Assembly (NCBI GenBank): GCA_002505585.1
Contig: DAVM01000016.1
Span: 1 to 52,358, forward strand
DNA: 52,358 bases
Direction of reading: 5' to 3'
Source of the DNA: Candidatus Woesearchaeota archaeon UBA489
GTDB taxonomy: Archaea > Nanobdellota > Nanobdellia > SCGC-AAA011-G17 > UBA489
Position 1 is the stretch's first letter. Each line of letters starts with the position of its first letter. This document shows, piece after piece, positions 27,746 to 37,898 of this stretch. The notes beneath the pieces are model-generated. The model made no database searches and was not told where the DNA came from. It saw nothing but the letters and a program-made list of their open reading frames with translations. A program made the position numbers and the translations under genes.

Positions 27746-27986
27746 TTTTTACAACACCTCCGTTGCGTTGACTATGATGTACAGCATTCACTTTACTTTT
27801 GAAAAGAATACAAAAGAAAGTGTTGCAGCGGTCTCACTAAATTAGTTTTTTTGACCAATACTTGTGTTTATGTTTTGTTTGTACATGTTTTGTTTGTAAC
27901 AACAATGTAATATACACATTATAATTACTATGTTACACACTATATATTAGTATTTAAATGTTTCGTTTTAGTATTTTAGTAACTTT

Positions 27987-28247
27987 TTACAAAACACGTG
28001 ACATTAAATTAAAAGTGAACACAATTAAAAATAAAACTCCAAACACTAACATAAAAAAAGATAAAGCAGCAACTTGGGGATTAGATTGGGCAATATCTAG
28101 TGATTGAAAACCAGTTATATCACCACCAAAGCCTACCGGAGAAAGAAAGGCAAAAGCAAATAAGAAAACAACTAGAATAAGGAGTATTACAACATAATTA
28201 TGTTCTTTAAAGAAGGTATGATAACCTCTTTTCTTTCTTCTTGCCAT
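27987..28247 (-). CDS. Small two-TM membrane protein
   Basis: Basic N-terminus, two hydrophobic helices, ITGF motif. Confidence 0.65.
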   Translation of the reverse strand: MARRKKRGYHTFFKEHNYVVILLILVVFLFAFAFLSPVGFGGDITGFQSLDIAQSNPQVAALSFFMLVFGVLFLIVFTFNLMSRVL

Positions 28248-28374
28248 AGAAATGCAAAGGTGTAAGAACTTATAAAACTTACTCTTAAAAGATTGCTTAT
28301 CATCCTGATACTGAAGTTATTCGTTAAATTTGTTTATAGAAAGATTTATATTATCCTGTTCATTTATCACCTTC

Positions 28375-28875
28375 ATGAGGGGTTTATTAGCCGTTTTAAT
28401 GCTAAGCATACTTTTTTCGAGTGCTTGCTCTCCAACACAAAAACCACAAGAAAAAGAAATAATTTGTGATTCTCCTTTAATTAAAGCTGGTAATGGTTGT
28501 TGTTTGGATGAAAACTCTAATTATATTTGTGATAAAGATGAAGTTGAAGAAGTAGAAGAAGAAGAAAAGATAACTGGACCTCCTCGTTTAAGAGCTGGCA
28601 GTAAGTTAAGAATTACTGAAGATGATTTGCCTCTAAAAGTTTTTATGCAGAGAAATACTCATATTTTGTATACTATTGATGGTAAAGAGGAAGTTTTTAT
28701 TATTGATAGTATGAATAAGTTTAGAGCTACTATTTTTTATGAACAAAATAGGTTTAAGATTGATGTTGGTAGAACTAAGCCTGCTGGTTCTTTGTTAATT
28801 AAATATATTAGTACTGATCCTCCTAAGGGTGGTAATTTTGCTGTTTTAGAATTACAAGCTAATGCTAATGTTTAA
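28375..28875 (+). CDS. Putative lipoprotein with Cys-rich motif
   Basis: Signal peptide ending SSAC; C.......CCLDENSNYICD. Confidence 0.6.
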   Translation: MRGLLAVLMLSILFSSACSPTQKPQEKEIICDSPLIKAGNGCCLDENSNYICDKDEVEEVEEEEKITGPPRLRAGSKLRITEDDLPLKVFMQRNTHILYTIDGKEEVFIIDSMNKFRATIFYEQNRFKIDVGRTKPAGSLLIKYISTDPPKGGNFAVLELQANANV

Positions 28876-30463
28876 GAAGTTCATATAAAACGCTTAGATT
28901 AAGTTCAAAACAACTTACTGGCATGTCTAAACTGTTTGCTTGTAATACTTGTGGATGTAGTTCTCCTACATAGGCAACTTTTTTCCCTTTTATAGTGATT
29001 CTTGCTACTCTTCCTGGTATAAAACTTCCATGTTTTGTTTCTTTGTAATGTGCTTCTACTCCCAAATTTCTTAGTAGTCCTTCTAGTATTTGTCTTGCAT
29101 CTGTGTAGCTTACGTCTCCACTTAATACACATGCTAGTCTTTGGAATTCTTCTTTTTCTGTGAAGATTGTTCCTATTTCATAAATCTTCTGTGGGTATTC
29201 GTGATGCTTATTATTTCTTAATACTTGTAATAGAGATGGTAGCATCCACACTCTTAAACAACTATAATCTTCATTTAGTGCATTTGTTAATGGTATTGGT
29301 GTTAGTTGTGTTTGCATGTTTGTTTTTTGTTCTGTTAGGTTGCTTAAGTGGTGTGTGTTTGTTTCTAAGAGTCTGTAGTTTGCCATTGTTGTGCTCACTA
29401 CTCTTTTAAATTTTTCAAAACTATGTTCTTCTCCTACTGTACTTATATTTGGTATTTCTGGTTTAAAATTTTCATATCCATAGGCTATTGCTATGTCTTC
29501 TACTATATCCATTGGATGTAATACATCTACTCTGTATGCTGGTACTAACACTTTTCCTTGTTGATAGCCTAGTCCCATTTTTGCTAGTAATTTTTCGTAT
29601 TCTTTTTGTTTTAATTCTAATCCTAAAAGTTTGTTTACATAATCTAACTTCACTACTATTTTAATTGGTTGTAAGTTTGGTTGTTTGTTTACTGCATATA
29701 TCTTCCCACCTCTATCTGCGCATGCTGTTACTAGAATGTTTAATGCTTGATTTACTGCTTGTTGGTCTGTTCCTGTTACGTCAAAGAAAATGTTTTTTGT
29801 TTGTGTGGTTATTTTTGTTTCTTCTGAGTTGATTATTGGTGGCATCGATAATACTTGTTTTTGTTTGTCTATCCAGATGGGTGCATTTTTTTGTCCTTCT
29901 AGGAGGTGTGCATATTCTTTTCCTTTGGGATGTTTGTTTAGTATTTGCCTTAGTGTTAATTCTTTTCCCATGTCTAATGGTTTAAAAGTATAGTCTAATT
30001 CTTTTGTTGTGTAAGTTAAGGGAAATTGTATAGTGTCTAAATCATGTGCTCCTATTGCTACTTTTTTTCTGTTTCTTCCATGTGTTAAACACAACTTCTC
30101 TTGTAAATTCATGAATGATTCATAGAATGCTTTATCAAATTGTACTCTTTTCACTACTGCTGCTCCTACATAGGGTCTTATTTTTTTTACTTTTGAGTCT
30201 ATTTTGTAGCTATAATTATTTTTTTGTACTTTGTAGTTTCTTAGTCCTGTTTTTTTTCCTATGAATGAGCTTAGTGCTCTTGCGAATCCTTCTTCGCTTA
30301 ATAAGTCTGGTCTATTGGGAAATATTTCTACGCATATTTCGTTTCCTTTCATATGTTCAACATCTGTTCCTAGCATTGCCATTCTGTCTAGCAATTGTGT
30401 GTCATTGAGTTGTTTCCCTACTAGTTTTAACAAGTCTTTTTTATTGAGTGTTATTGTTGGCAT
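28865..30463 (-). CDS. pheT: Phenylalanine--tRNA ligase beta subunit (archaeal type)
   Basis: MPTI, PNRPDLLS, YRVDVLHPMDIVEDIAIAYGY. Confidence 0.96.
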   Translation of the reverse strand: MPTITLNKKDLLKLVGKQLNDTQLLDRMAMLGTDVEHMKGNEICVEIFPNRPDLLSEEGFARALSSFIGKKTGLRNYKVQKNNYSYKIDSKVKKIRPYVGAAVVKRVQFDKAFYESFMNLQEKLCLTHGRNRKKVAIGAHDLDTIQFPLTYTTKELDYTFKPLDMGKELTLRQILNKHPKGKEYAHLLEGQKNAPIWIDKQKQVLSMPPIINSEETKITTQTKNIFFDVTGTDQQAVNQALNILVTACADRGGKIYAVNKQPNLQPIKIVVKLDYVNKLLGLELKQKEYEKLLAKMGLGYQQGKVLVPAYRVDVLHPMDIVEDIAIAYGYENFKPEIPNISTVGEEHSFEKFKRVVSTTMANYRLLETNTHHLSNLTEQKTNMQTQLTPIPLTNALNEDYSCLRVWMLPSLLQVLRNNKHHEYPQKIYEIGTIFTEKEEFQRLACVLSGDVSYTDARQILEGLLRNLGVEAHYKETKHGSFIPGRVARITIKGKKVAYVGELHPQVLQANSLDMPVSCFELNLSVLYELLKH

Positions 30464-30464
30464 A

Positions 30465-31982
30465 TTATTTCATCCACATTTTTATTTCTTTTAATTGTTT
30501 CAAATCATTATTATAAAGATCTCTTAGGTCTTTTATGTTGTAGTAGTCCATTATTGCTCTTTCCATTCCTTGTCCCCATGCTAGTACTGGTGTGTCATGT
30601 CCTAATAGTGGTTTTGTTACTTCTGGTCTGAACATTCCCGCTCCTCCGAATTCTACCCATTCTTTTTTTGTTGGGTTATAATATTCTGATTCTACACTCA
30701 TTTCTGTGTAGGGAAAATATGCTGGTCTAAATCTTATTTTATCAAAGCCTAGTTTGTGATAGTATTCTTTTAAGTAGCCTAATAAATGTCTGAAAGTTGT
30801 GTTTTCGTCTACTACTATTCCTTCTACTTGGTTGAATTCAAAGCTATGCTTCCAGTCTATGGTTTCATTTCTAAAACATTTTGCTACGCTGAAGTACTTC
30901 GCTGGTATGTCTGTTTGTTTGAGTTGTGCTAGTGTTCTTACTGATAATGCTGTTGTGTGTGTTCTTAACACTAGTTGTTTGGCTATTTTTTCACTCCATT
31001 GATAGCCCCATCCTGTGCTTCCTGTTGTCCAACCTGTTTCGTGTGTTTTTTTTATTTTTTGTATTAGTTCTTTGTTTGGTGTTGGTTTTGTTCCTTTGAC
31101 AAAGAAGGTGTCGTGCATTTCTCTTGCTGGGTGGTCTTGTGGTTGGAAGAGTGCATCAAAGTTCCAGAAGGATGTTTCTAGGAGTGGTCCTTTCATTTCT
31201 TTGAATCCTAAATCTAGCCAGATTCTTTTAATGTAGTCTATTGCTTGATTCACAAAATGTCTTTTTCCTCCGTGTAAGTGTGGTACATTTATTTCTACGT
31301 CATATCTTCTGAAGGTTTTTCCTTTCCATGTTTGCTCTTTCAGTGTTTTTCTATTGATTGTGTCTATTAATTCTAAGTTTAATTGTGATTTTGTTAGTTG
31401 TTTTCCTTGTGTTGTTAAGTATACTGTTGTGGTTTTTTTTATTGTTGTTTCTACTATTTGTTTTCTTTTTGCTAGTAGATCGTATAACTTTCTTTCTGTT
31501 CCATCTAGTTTATCTAGTGCTTTTGGTAGTGTTTTCAAGAATGTTTCTTCTAGTAGTTTTTGTGTTATTAACTTTCTCCCATAGTCTGTTATTCCTAGTT
31601 CTTTTCCTAGTGTTATGGCTCCTAGTTTTTTGAGTAGTCCTAATGAAATGTTTAGTTCATTTTTGTCTAGTGCTGCTTTGTCTTGTATTTCTTTTAATGT
31701 TAATTCTTCATCTTCTAGTACTTGTAAGAACCTTCTTTCTGGTAGTCCTTTTTCTAAATAGATTTTCCCATTCATACTTAATTCTGCTGTATGATGTGTT
31801 TCTTTCTCCATTTGCAGGATTTTTTTGTTCCCTAGCCATTGGAGTGCTCTTGTTACTTCTACTTCTAAGAGTTTGCTTTGAGTAACTAGTTCTCCTACTG
31901 TTACTTGATCTTTCAAATAAGGTAATACTTTTCTCTCTAATGGATGCAAAGTCTCTATTAGCTTTTTTACCTCTTGTTGCAT
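30465..31982 (-). CDS. pheS: Phenylalanine--tRNA ligase alpha subunit
   Basis: WNFDALFQPQDHPAREMHDTFF, FRNE, YFPYTE, GAGMFRPEV. Confidence 0.97.
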   Translation of the reverse strand: MQQEVKKLIETLHPLERKVLPYLKDQVTVGELVTQSKLLEVEVTRALQWLGNKKILQMEKETHHTAELSMNGKIYLEKGLPERRFLQVLEDEELTLKEIQDKAALDKNELNISLGLLKKLGAITLGKELGITDYGRKLITQKLLEETFLKTLPKALDKLDGTERKLYDLLAKRKQIVETTIKKTTTVYLTTQGKQLTKSQLNLELIDTINRKTLKEQTWKGKTFRRYDVEINVPHLHGGKRHFVNQAIDYIKRIWLDLGFKEMKGPLLETSFWNFDALFQPQDHPAREMHDTFFVKGTKPTPNKELIQKIKKTHETGWTTGSTGWGYQWSEKIAKQLVLRTHTTALSVRTLAQLKQTDIPAKYFSVAKCFRNETIDWKHSFEFNQVEGIVVDENTTFRHLLGYLKEYYHKLGFDKIRFRPAYFPYTEMSVESEYYNPTKKEWVEFGGAGMFRPEVTKPLLGHDTPVLAWGQGMERAIMDYYNIKDLRDLYNNDLKQLKEIKMWMK

Positions 31983-32053
31983 AGAGATAAGAAGAAATCT
32001 AGATATTTTAAAGGTTTGGATTAAGAAGAAACGCTAGTTGAGGAATAAGTTCT

Positions 32054-32872
32054 TTATTTCTTAAATTTTACAGTTTCTAGGTTATTCCATGTTCCATTAA
32101 ACATTGTTCCTAATGCTTTTGTGAAGTATGGTGTGTCTACCCAGACTCCTGTATCGTAATTTTCGTGTACGTTTTGGTCATCGCTAATCATAAAGAGTAT
32201 TTGTTCTTCGTCTATGATTATGAATCTTCCTTGCATGCTGTTATCTGTTTTTTTGAATTGGACTATTTTTTTCAAGTCATTTAATTGTTTATGCATTCCT
32301 TCTGTTATTGGAGCTACAATTCTTATCTTTACTCCTTTGTCATGTAATTTTGTAAAGAGTGTTTTGTAGCGTTTGACTTTTCTTATGAGTCCTTGTTCGC
32401 TTGTTACTATGGTTACTGATTTTTTTGCTGTATCTAAGATACTTCTTAAGTGTGAGTAAACATTGTCTCTTCCCTTTACAGATCCTGCTAGACTGTTGGG
32501 TTCTATTTTTTTGATTCCTTGGCTATAGAGTTGTTGTATTTCTTCAAATACTGTTTCTTTTTTGATGTTTTCTAGTGAGCTTACTTTTGTTTCTGCTTGT
32601 TCTGTAATTTGTGATTTTATTCTTACTACTATTTCTTCTGGTTTTACTGCTATATATTTTATTGGTTTTCCTAGTTTCATTATTACAAAATTCTTTTTTT
32701 CTAATGTTTCTAGGACGTCATAGCTTCTGCTTCTTGGTACTTGTGATATATCACTTAATTCACCTGCTGTTGCTATGCCTCTTGAAAGTAATGCTGTCCA
32801 AATTTTTACTTCGTAGATGTTTAAGTCAAATGCTTGTCTGAGTTTTTTCAAAAAGTCTTCTTTTACAATCAT
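32054..32872 (-). CDS. TrmB-family transcriptional regulator
   Basis: LNIYE...A.ELS..S.VPRSRSYDVL wHTH and PLD-like effector domain. Confidence 0.9.
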   Translation of the reverse strand: MIVKEDFLKKLRQAFDLNIYEVKIWTALLSRGIATAGELSDISQVPRSRSYDVLETLEKKNFVIMKLGKPIKYIAVKPEEIVVRIKSQITEQAETKVSSLENIKKETVFEEIQQLYSQGIKKIEPNSLAGSVKGRDNVYSHLRSILDTAKKSVTIVTSEQGLIRKVKRYKTLFTKLHDKGVKIRIVAPITEGMHKQLNDLKKIVQFKKTDNSMQGRFIIIDEEQILFMISDDQNVHENYDTGVWVDTPYFTKALGTMFNGTWNNLETVKFKK

Positions 32873-32984
32873 TCTTTGTATACCACCAACCTCTTAATTT
32901 ACTACTCAAAAATGGAAACCAGTATATAAAGCTTTCGGTTTAGTAGTTATCAAATAGTAGTAAAAAATGATTAATAAAAGAGTT

Positions 32985-33209
32985 CTAGAAGTCAAAATCT
33001 AAATCTTCATCTAAGCTATCTAAATCATCTAAATTCAATTCATCATCAAGGCCTTCAAGGTCTTGTAAATCATCACCTAAACCACCTACATCTTCTATTT
33101 CTCCACTTTTGGAACCTTCAACATCAACTCCTTTCCACTTCTCTTCACTACAACCAGTTAAAAGAAATAATCCTATAAGAAAAACAAAGAAAAGTAAAAA
33201 TTTATTCAT
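32985..33209 (-). CDS. Small acidic lipoprotein
   Basis: Lipobox LLTGC; Asp/Leu-rich tail. Confidence 0.65.
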   Translation of the reverse strand: MNKFLLFFVFLIGLFLLTGCSEEKWKGVDVEGSKSGEIEDVGGLGDDLQDLEGLDDELNLDDLDSLDEDLDFDF

Positions 33210-34194
33210 CTAAAACACCTGCCACTCCTACATCTCCATCTACAACACCATCTTCAGCAGCAACACCTACTACTGCAACTTTTTCAGCTTTATGCCTTAT
33301 TTTTAGTTCCTTTTTTACATCATCCATTCTCCCTAGCTCATTAAAGTGATGCACTATCCTTTTCAAGTAAGTGTGCAATTCTTCTATTGCTTTCTTAACG
33401 GAATCTTTCTCACCAAGGTCTACTGCTGTTTGTATTGCAACTATTTTGTTGTCTATTTGACCTAATAATTCTTCTATTTTTGCAACTTTATCTTTTGCTA
33501 CATCTACTGATTGCAATCTTTCTGCTAGTTTTTGAAGTTTATTCTTAACATTTTCTGCATGATTAATTATGCCTTGAACTCTTCCTTTGTATGCATGATT
33601 TTTTAGCCTTTTTATTGTTGTTTTATGTTTCTTCCAAAGCTCTCGTAATTCTTTTTTTACTTCTTTCAATTCTGCTCTTGTTTCTGCATTTGTTATTTTC
33701 TCTGATAATATTTCCAGTTCAGCTAAGTGTTCTCCTAAGGTTTCTAGAAGCTCATCTTTATTCTGTAAATCAGAACTTTCTATTCTTTCTGTGATTTTAG
33801 TAAATGCATCTGTAATTCTTGCAACTATTTTTTTTAATTGTTCTCTAATTTTGCTTAATGCTTTTTTACAATCTGCTGTTGCTTCATCTGTGCAATGTTT
33901 TTTTATTTTTTCTGCTTCGTCTTTGAGTTTTTTCCCTCTTTCTTTTGCATCTGCTAAAAGTTTTGCTCTATGTTTTTTAAATTCTTTAAAATTTTTTATC
34001 CTTTCCCCTACCATCTTTTTCTTCACAACACTGTCTACATCAGCTTTTTGTGCTCTTACTGCTTTATAGTCTCTATTCTTAATAGTGGAATCTTTTCTTT
34101 TACCATCATCAGTTTGCTTCTCAGCATAAACCACAGAGAGTGTGCTTAGAAAGAATATACAGAGTACAAAAAGTGTGGTTATTTTTTTTAACAT
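33202..34194 (-). CDS. Secreted alpha-helical coiled-coil protein
   Basis: Signal peptide ending VYA; charged heptad-rich body. Confidence 0.65.
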   Translation of the reverse strand: MLKKITTLFVLCIFFLSTLSVVYAEKQTDDGKRKDSTIKNRDYKAVRAQKADVDSVVKKKMVGERIKNFKEFKKHRAKLLADAKERGKKLKDEAEKIKKHCTDEATADCKKALSKIREQLKKIVARITDAFTKITERIESSDLQNKDELLETLGEHLAELEILSEKITNAETRAELKEVKKELRELWKKHKTTIKRLKNHAYKGRVQGIINHAENVKNKLQKLAERLQSVDVAKDKVAKIEELLGQIDNKIVAIQTAVDLGEKDSVKKAIEELHTYLKRIVHHFNELGRMDDVKKELKIRHKAEKVAVVGVAAEDGVVDGDVGVAGVLDE

Positions 34195-34230
34195 CTTTTC
34201 AAAAAGGTTTTTAATTGTTTATATAATTAC

Positions 34231-35313
34231 CTATCTTGCAAAAGTAAGTTTTTTGACTGTTTTTTTTGCTTTTACTAAGTCTCTTTCAAATGTTTTCATA
34301 AATGTTGTCATTTTGTCTATGGCTAGTTCTTTAATTTCTGCACTGGTCATTTTTCCTGATTTGTATGCTTTGTAGATTTTGTTTAATTCTTTATCATCTT
34401 CTACTAAGTGTTGTTTTAGTAACTCAAAGATCATACATTTGTCTGGTTGACCGCCTAATTTTCTGTGTTTTGCTAGTGTTTCTCTTCCGCCTGTTTTTGC
34501 TTTCATTAATTTTTTCTTGACACTTGCCATATCTTCTGGTAATTCTATGCAAGATTCTGGTTGTGACTTACTCATCTTAAATGCTCCTTTCAAAGAAGGC
34601 ATGTATTTGTGATATAAACTACTAATCATAAAGTACTTATGCATTTTTCTTCTTCTAATATAATCTCTTGCTAGTCTTAAGTGTGGTGCTTGGTCTATTC
34701 CTACTGGTATGACTCCTGGCATTCTTTTTTTCAGTTGTGGGAAGAGTACATCTCCTATTTGTGTTACTGAAGACATGATTTTTCCTGGTGTTGCTACTCC
34801 ATATGCTGCTCTAAATTCATTTAGAGTTATTTTTTGTGATGCATCAAATCCTATTTTGATTACTTCCATATTATCTGACTGAAAGTAGAAGGTTGTTTTT
34901 TTAGGATTTAATCCTAATGCTATGTATGCTGGTATGTGAAAGTCTAGTGCTCTTTTTTTTGCTTGTTCTAAGGTTACATCTCTTGTTACTGATGATTCTA
35001 AATCTGCTATTAAGATGTAGGTTTGTGCCCCTTGTTCTTGAAAATATTTTAAGTTCTCCACTACCATTTTATTACCTAAGTGTATTTTGTCTCCTGATGG
35101 CATGATTCCACTTAGTGCATAGAAAGGCTTCTTTCTTTTGATTGCTTGGCTTATTAAGTCCATGCCTTGCCCTCCAAAGACTATTCTTCTCCTCATTATT
35201 TTATTTGGTTTTGGTAGAATTCTTGGTTGGAATGTTTGAAGTCCAAACTCTTTGAGTAATCTTTCATAATTCTCTATTAGGCTTGATCCCCATGGATCTA
35301 CTAACACCGTCAT
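34231..35313 (-). CDS. trpS: Tryptophan--tRNA ligase
   Basis: VDPWG, HLGN (HIGH), PVGIDQAPH, KMSKS. Confidence 0.95.
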   Translation of the reverse strand: MTVLVDPWGSSLIENYERLLKEFGLQTFQPRILPKPNKIMRRRIVFGGQGMDLISQAIKRKKPFYALSGIMPSGDKIHLGNKMVVENLKYFQEQGAQTYILIADLESSVTRDVTLEQAKKRALDFHIPAYIALGLNPKKTTFYFQSDNMEVIKIGFDASQKITLNEFRAAYGVATPGKIMSSVTQIGDVLFPQLKKRMPGVIPVGIDQAPHLRLARDYIRRRKMHKYFMISSLYHKYMPSLKGAFKMSKSQPESCIELPEDMASVKKKLMKAKTGGRETLAKHRKLGGQPDKCMIFELLKQHLVEDDKELNKIYKAYKSGKMTSAEIKELAIDKMTTFMKTFERDLVKAKKTVKKLTFAR

Positions 35314-35350
35314 GAGTAGAATAAGATGTATAATGTTATTTAAACGTTTC

Positions 35351-36214
35351 TTAATTAAATTCTTTCAAGAACTTCATCAACTCTTTACTTTCTTCAAACT
35401 CTAAGAACTCTCTTTGTGTTAGCGCTGGCACATCTCTAGGCTTTTTCTTAGTAAAAATCACTAAGTCTTGTGCATCTATTAAGTGTGATAATTCTCCTAT
35501 TTGTTTACTAACTTTATCTCCTACTTTGGTTAGTATTAATTCTTGTTTTTGCTTCGCTATCAAATCAAAAGGTGCTTTTTTTGTTGTTATGGTTTCAAAT
35601 CCTAAATCTTGATACTTCTCACTTAATACTGTTGGCTTACTTACTAACTCTCCATGTCTTGTAATAAAAATGTTTATTGGTGCAAAGACTTCTCCTCCTA
35701 ATGCTGTATGTAATTTCAACGCTCTTTGTATGCTTATTTCTGAATCTCCTTGTGTATATTTCACTACCATTCTGGTACTTACTCCTAGTTTTCTGGAGAG
35801 TGTTCCTAATGACATATTCCTTTCTTCTAATTTTTGTTGGAGTTGTGTTGCTAGGAGTTGTGCTGTTAGTCCTGATTGTTGTGAGAAGACAAAAGGTAAT
35901 TTATGTTGTAGTGCATTATTCAATGTTTTTTGTGTTATGACATACAATCCATGTCTCATATAGACTACATTGTCTTGTAAGATATGTCCTGCTTTTTCAC
36001 TTATTACTAGAGTTGTTGCATTTATTCCTTGTGCTATTCTTTTTAGTTGTTCTATTGTTTCTTGTTGTAAGGAGTTCGCGTCTTGTACTATTTTAAGGAG
36101 TAATATGTGTTCTTCATTTCTTGCTACTAAGTCTATACATCCTTTAAGATGTTTTACTGTGTAAGAATTTTGTAGGAGTTTCAAAGATATTTGTTGTAAT
36201 AATGCTGATTTCAT
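35351..36214 (-). CDS. Archaeal HTH transcriptional regulator with nuclease-like domains (COG1395-like)
   Basis: DLVAR...LLLK N-domain, central Xre HTH (SLGTLSRKLGVSTRMVVKY), KAPFDLIAK. Confidence 0.8.
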   Translation of the reverse strand: MKSALLQQISLKLLQNSYTVKHLKGCIDLVARNEEHILLLKIVQDANSLQQETIEQLKRIAQGINATTLVISEKAGHILQDNVVYMRHGLYVITQKTLNNALQHKLPFVFSQQSGLTAQLLATQLQQKLEERNMSLGTLSRKLGVSTRMVVKYTQGDSEISIQRALKLHTALGGEVFAPINIFITRHGELVSKPTVLSEKYQDLGFETITTKKAPFDLIAKQKQELILTKVGDKVSKQIGELSHLIDAQDLVIFTKKKPRDVPALTQREFLEFEESKELMKFLKEFN

Positions 36215-36323
36215 TTAGATAAGATTGCTGAAAGGACTTTTAAACCTTTCTTTTGCTAATTATACTTTCCTTTACACATTTCTTTAAATAGAGTAAAAAG
36301 TATGTTTTATTAGGGTTATTAAA

Positions 36324-36782
36324 ATGAAAACTGGTATTACTGTTGCAGATGCTATGACTAAATCACTTGTTAAAATTGAGCTTAATGTTTCTGTTCAAGA
36401 GTGTGCTCAATTAATGATTGATAAGAAAGTTGGTGGTTTGATTGTCCAAGATAGAGATGTTGCTGTTGGTATTGTAACTGAGAAAGATATTGTTGCTAAG
36501 GTTGTTGCTAAAAAGCTTGATAGTGATGCTACTCTAGTCCAAGATATTATGTCTTCTAAACTTATCGGTATTGATCCTTCTAAAGACCTTTATGATGCTA
36601 TTGTTTTGATGGCTGAGGAGAATATTCGTCGTTTGCCTGTTATGTTTGGGGGAAAGGTTGTTGGCCTTTTAACTGCTAAAGATGTTTTAAAGATTGAGCC
36701 TCAGTTGATTAATTATCTTGCTGAAAAATTCCAGATTCGTGAAGAGGATCAAAAGGCTATCTTTTTCAAGTCTCAAGGTTAA
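36324..36782 (+). CDS. CBS-domain pair protein
   Basis: VADAMT, VGIVTEKDIV, IRRLPV, VGLLTAKDV. Confidence 0.92.
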   Translation: MKTGITVADAMTKSLVKIELNVSVQECAQLMIDKKVGGLIVQDRDVAVGIVTEKDIVAKVVAKKLDSDATLVQDIMSSKLIGIDPSKDLYDAIVLMAEENIRRLPVMFGGKVVGLLTAKDVLKIEPQLINYLAEKFQIREEDQKAIFFKSQG

Positions 36783-36824
36783 ACCAGTAATTTTATTAAG
36801 CAGCAATGTCTTCTTTTAATTGTT

Positions 36825-37352
36825 ATGGGATTTGAATCTAGTTCAAAAAATTATGTTGTTGGTTCTGAGAGAGGTTGGGCTTTGATTAAGTATATTGGGG
36901 TGTATGATTTTGATTTGATTCTTAAGACTATTACGAATGAGTGGGGTAAGAAATATTATACTCTTATTGATAAAGAGCATTCCGAGAAGGTGAATGCTGA
37001 TGGTTCTGATATAAAGATTGATCGTGTTGCTTTTCGTAATGCTTCTTGGTTTGTGAGGTTTTTTATGCAAGTTGAGCTTGTTGTTCCTCGTAATGTTAAT
37101 GTCATGGTTGAAGTTGATGGAAAAAAGGTTAAGAAACAACAAGGTGATCTTGAGATTAGGATTAAGGCTCATTTAGAGAAGGATTATAAGGGTACTTTCA
37201 AAAATAGTAAGTTTAAGAAGTTCCTTATGCATATTTATGAGAGGTTTATTGCTTATCAAGAATTAAGGAGATTAAGAAATAAGTTGAGAAGAGAAACTGA
37301 ATTTTTGATTGAAGAATTAAAGAATGTTCTTGATTTAAATAAGAGGGTGTAG
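36825..37352 (+). CDS. Conserved hypothetical protein, paralog of the next gene
   Basis: Shares layout with 37395 ORF (FD...K....W....Y...EH...R....V.......L.....V.......G......A...KDY). Confidence 0.7.
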   Translation: MGFESSSKNYVVGSERGWALIKYIGVYDFDLILKTITNEWGKKYYTLIDKEHSEKVNADGSDIKIDRVAFRNASWFVRFFMQVELVVPRNVNVMVEVDGKKVKKQQGDLEIRIKAHLEKDYKGTFKNSKFKKFLMHIYERFIAYQELRRLRNKLRRETEFLIEELKNVLDLNKRV

Positions 37353-37394
37353 AGTATAGGAATATTTATTAATAAAGAGGCTTTGGAGTGAATC

Positions 37395-37898
37395 ATGGGA
37401 GAGAAAGATTATGTAACTGATCCATTGAAACTTTCCTTTTCAGGGACTGTTCCTTTTGATGTTTTATATAAAACTATGAATAATTGGGTTCTTAAGAGGT
37501 ATAAGTATGATATGCTTAAAGAATTAGAGCATAATACTGTTAAAAAGAAAGAGGGTAAGGATTTGTTTATAAAATGGAGAGCTTTTAGAAAAATTACTGA
37601 TTATGTTACTTATACTATAGAAATTGAGTTAAAGATTTCTGATATGGTTGAAGTAAAAAGAAAGGGTTCTTCTAAAAAATGGTATAAGGGGAAGTTTGAT
37701 TTTCTTTTTAATGCATATGTTTTGAAGGATTATGAAGATAGGTGGTCTAAGCATGCTTTGACTAAGTTTATGCGTGAGTTATCTGATAGATTTTTAACTG
37801 GTAGTAAGTTTGATGAATATGAAGCAGAGTTATTAGGCGAATTGCAGAAGTTCATAGCTGAAATTAAAGCGTTTTTAGGTGTGCAGAAAGTAGCTTAA
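37395..37898 (+). CDS. Conserved hypothetical protein, paralog of the previous gene
   Basis: See 36825; GGAGTGA SD upstream. Confidence 0.7.
   Translation: MGEKDYVTDPLKLSFSGTVPFDVLYKTMNNWVLKRYKYDMLKELEHNTVKKKEGKDLFIKWRAFRKITDYVTYTIEIELKISDMVEVKRKGSSKKWYKGKFDFLFNAYVLKDYEDRWSKHALTKFMRELSDRFLTGSKFDEYEAELLGELQKFIAEIKAFLGVQKVA

Noticed and set aside
27429-27845. 138-aa hydrophobic + strand ORF, and the many other short Leu-rich or antisense ORFs in the track
   Set aside because: Antisense or off-frame shadows of real genes, caused by the biased codon usage.
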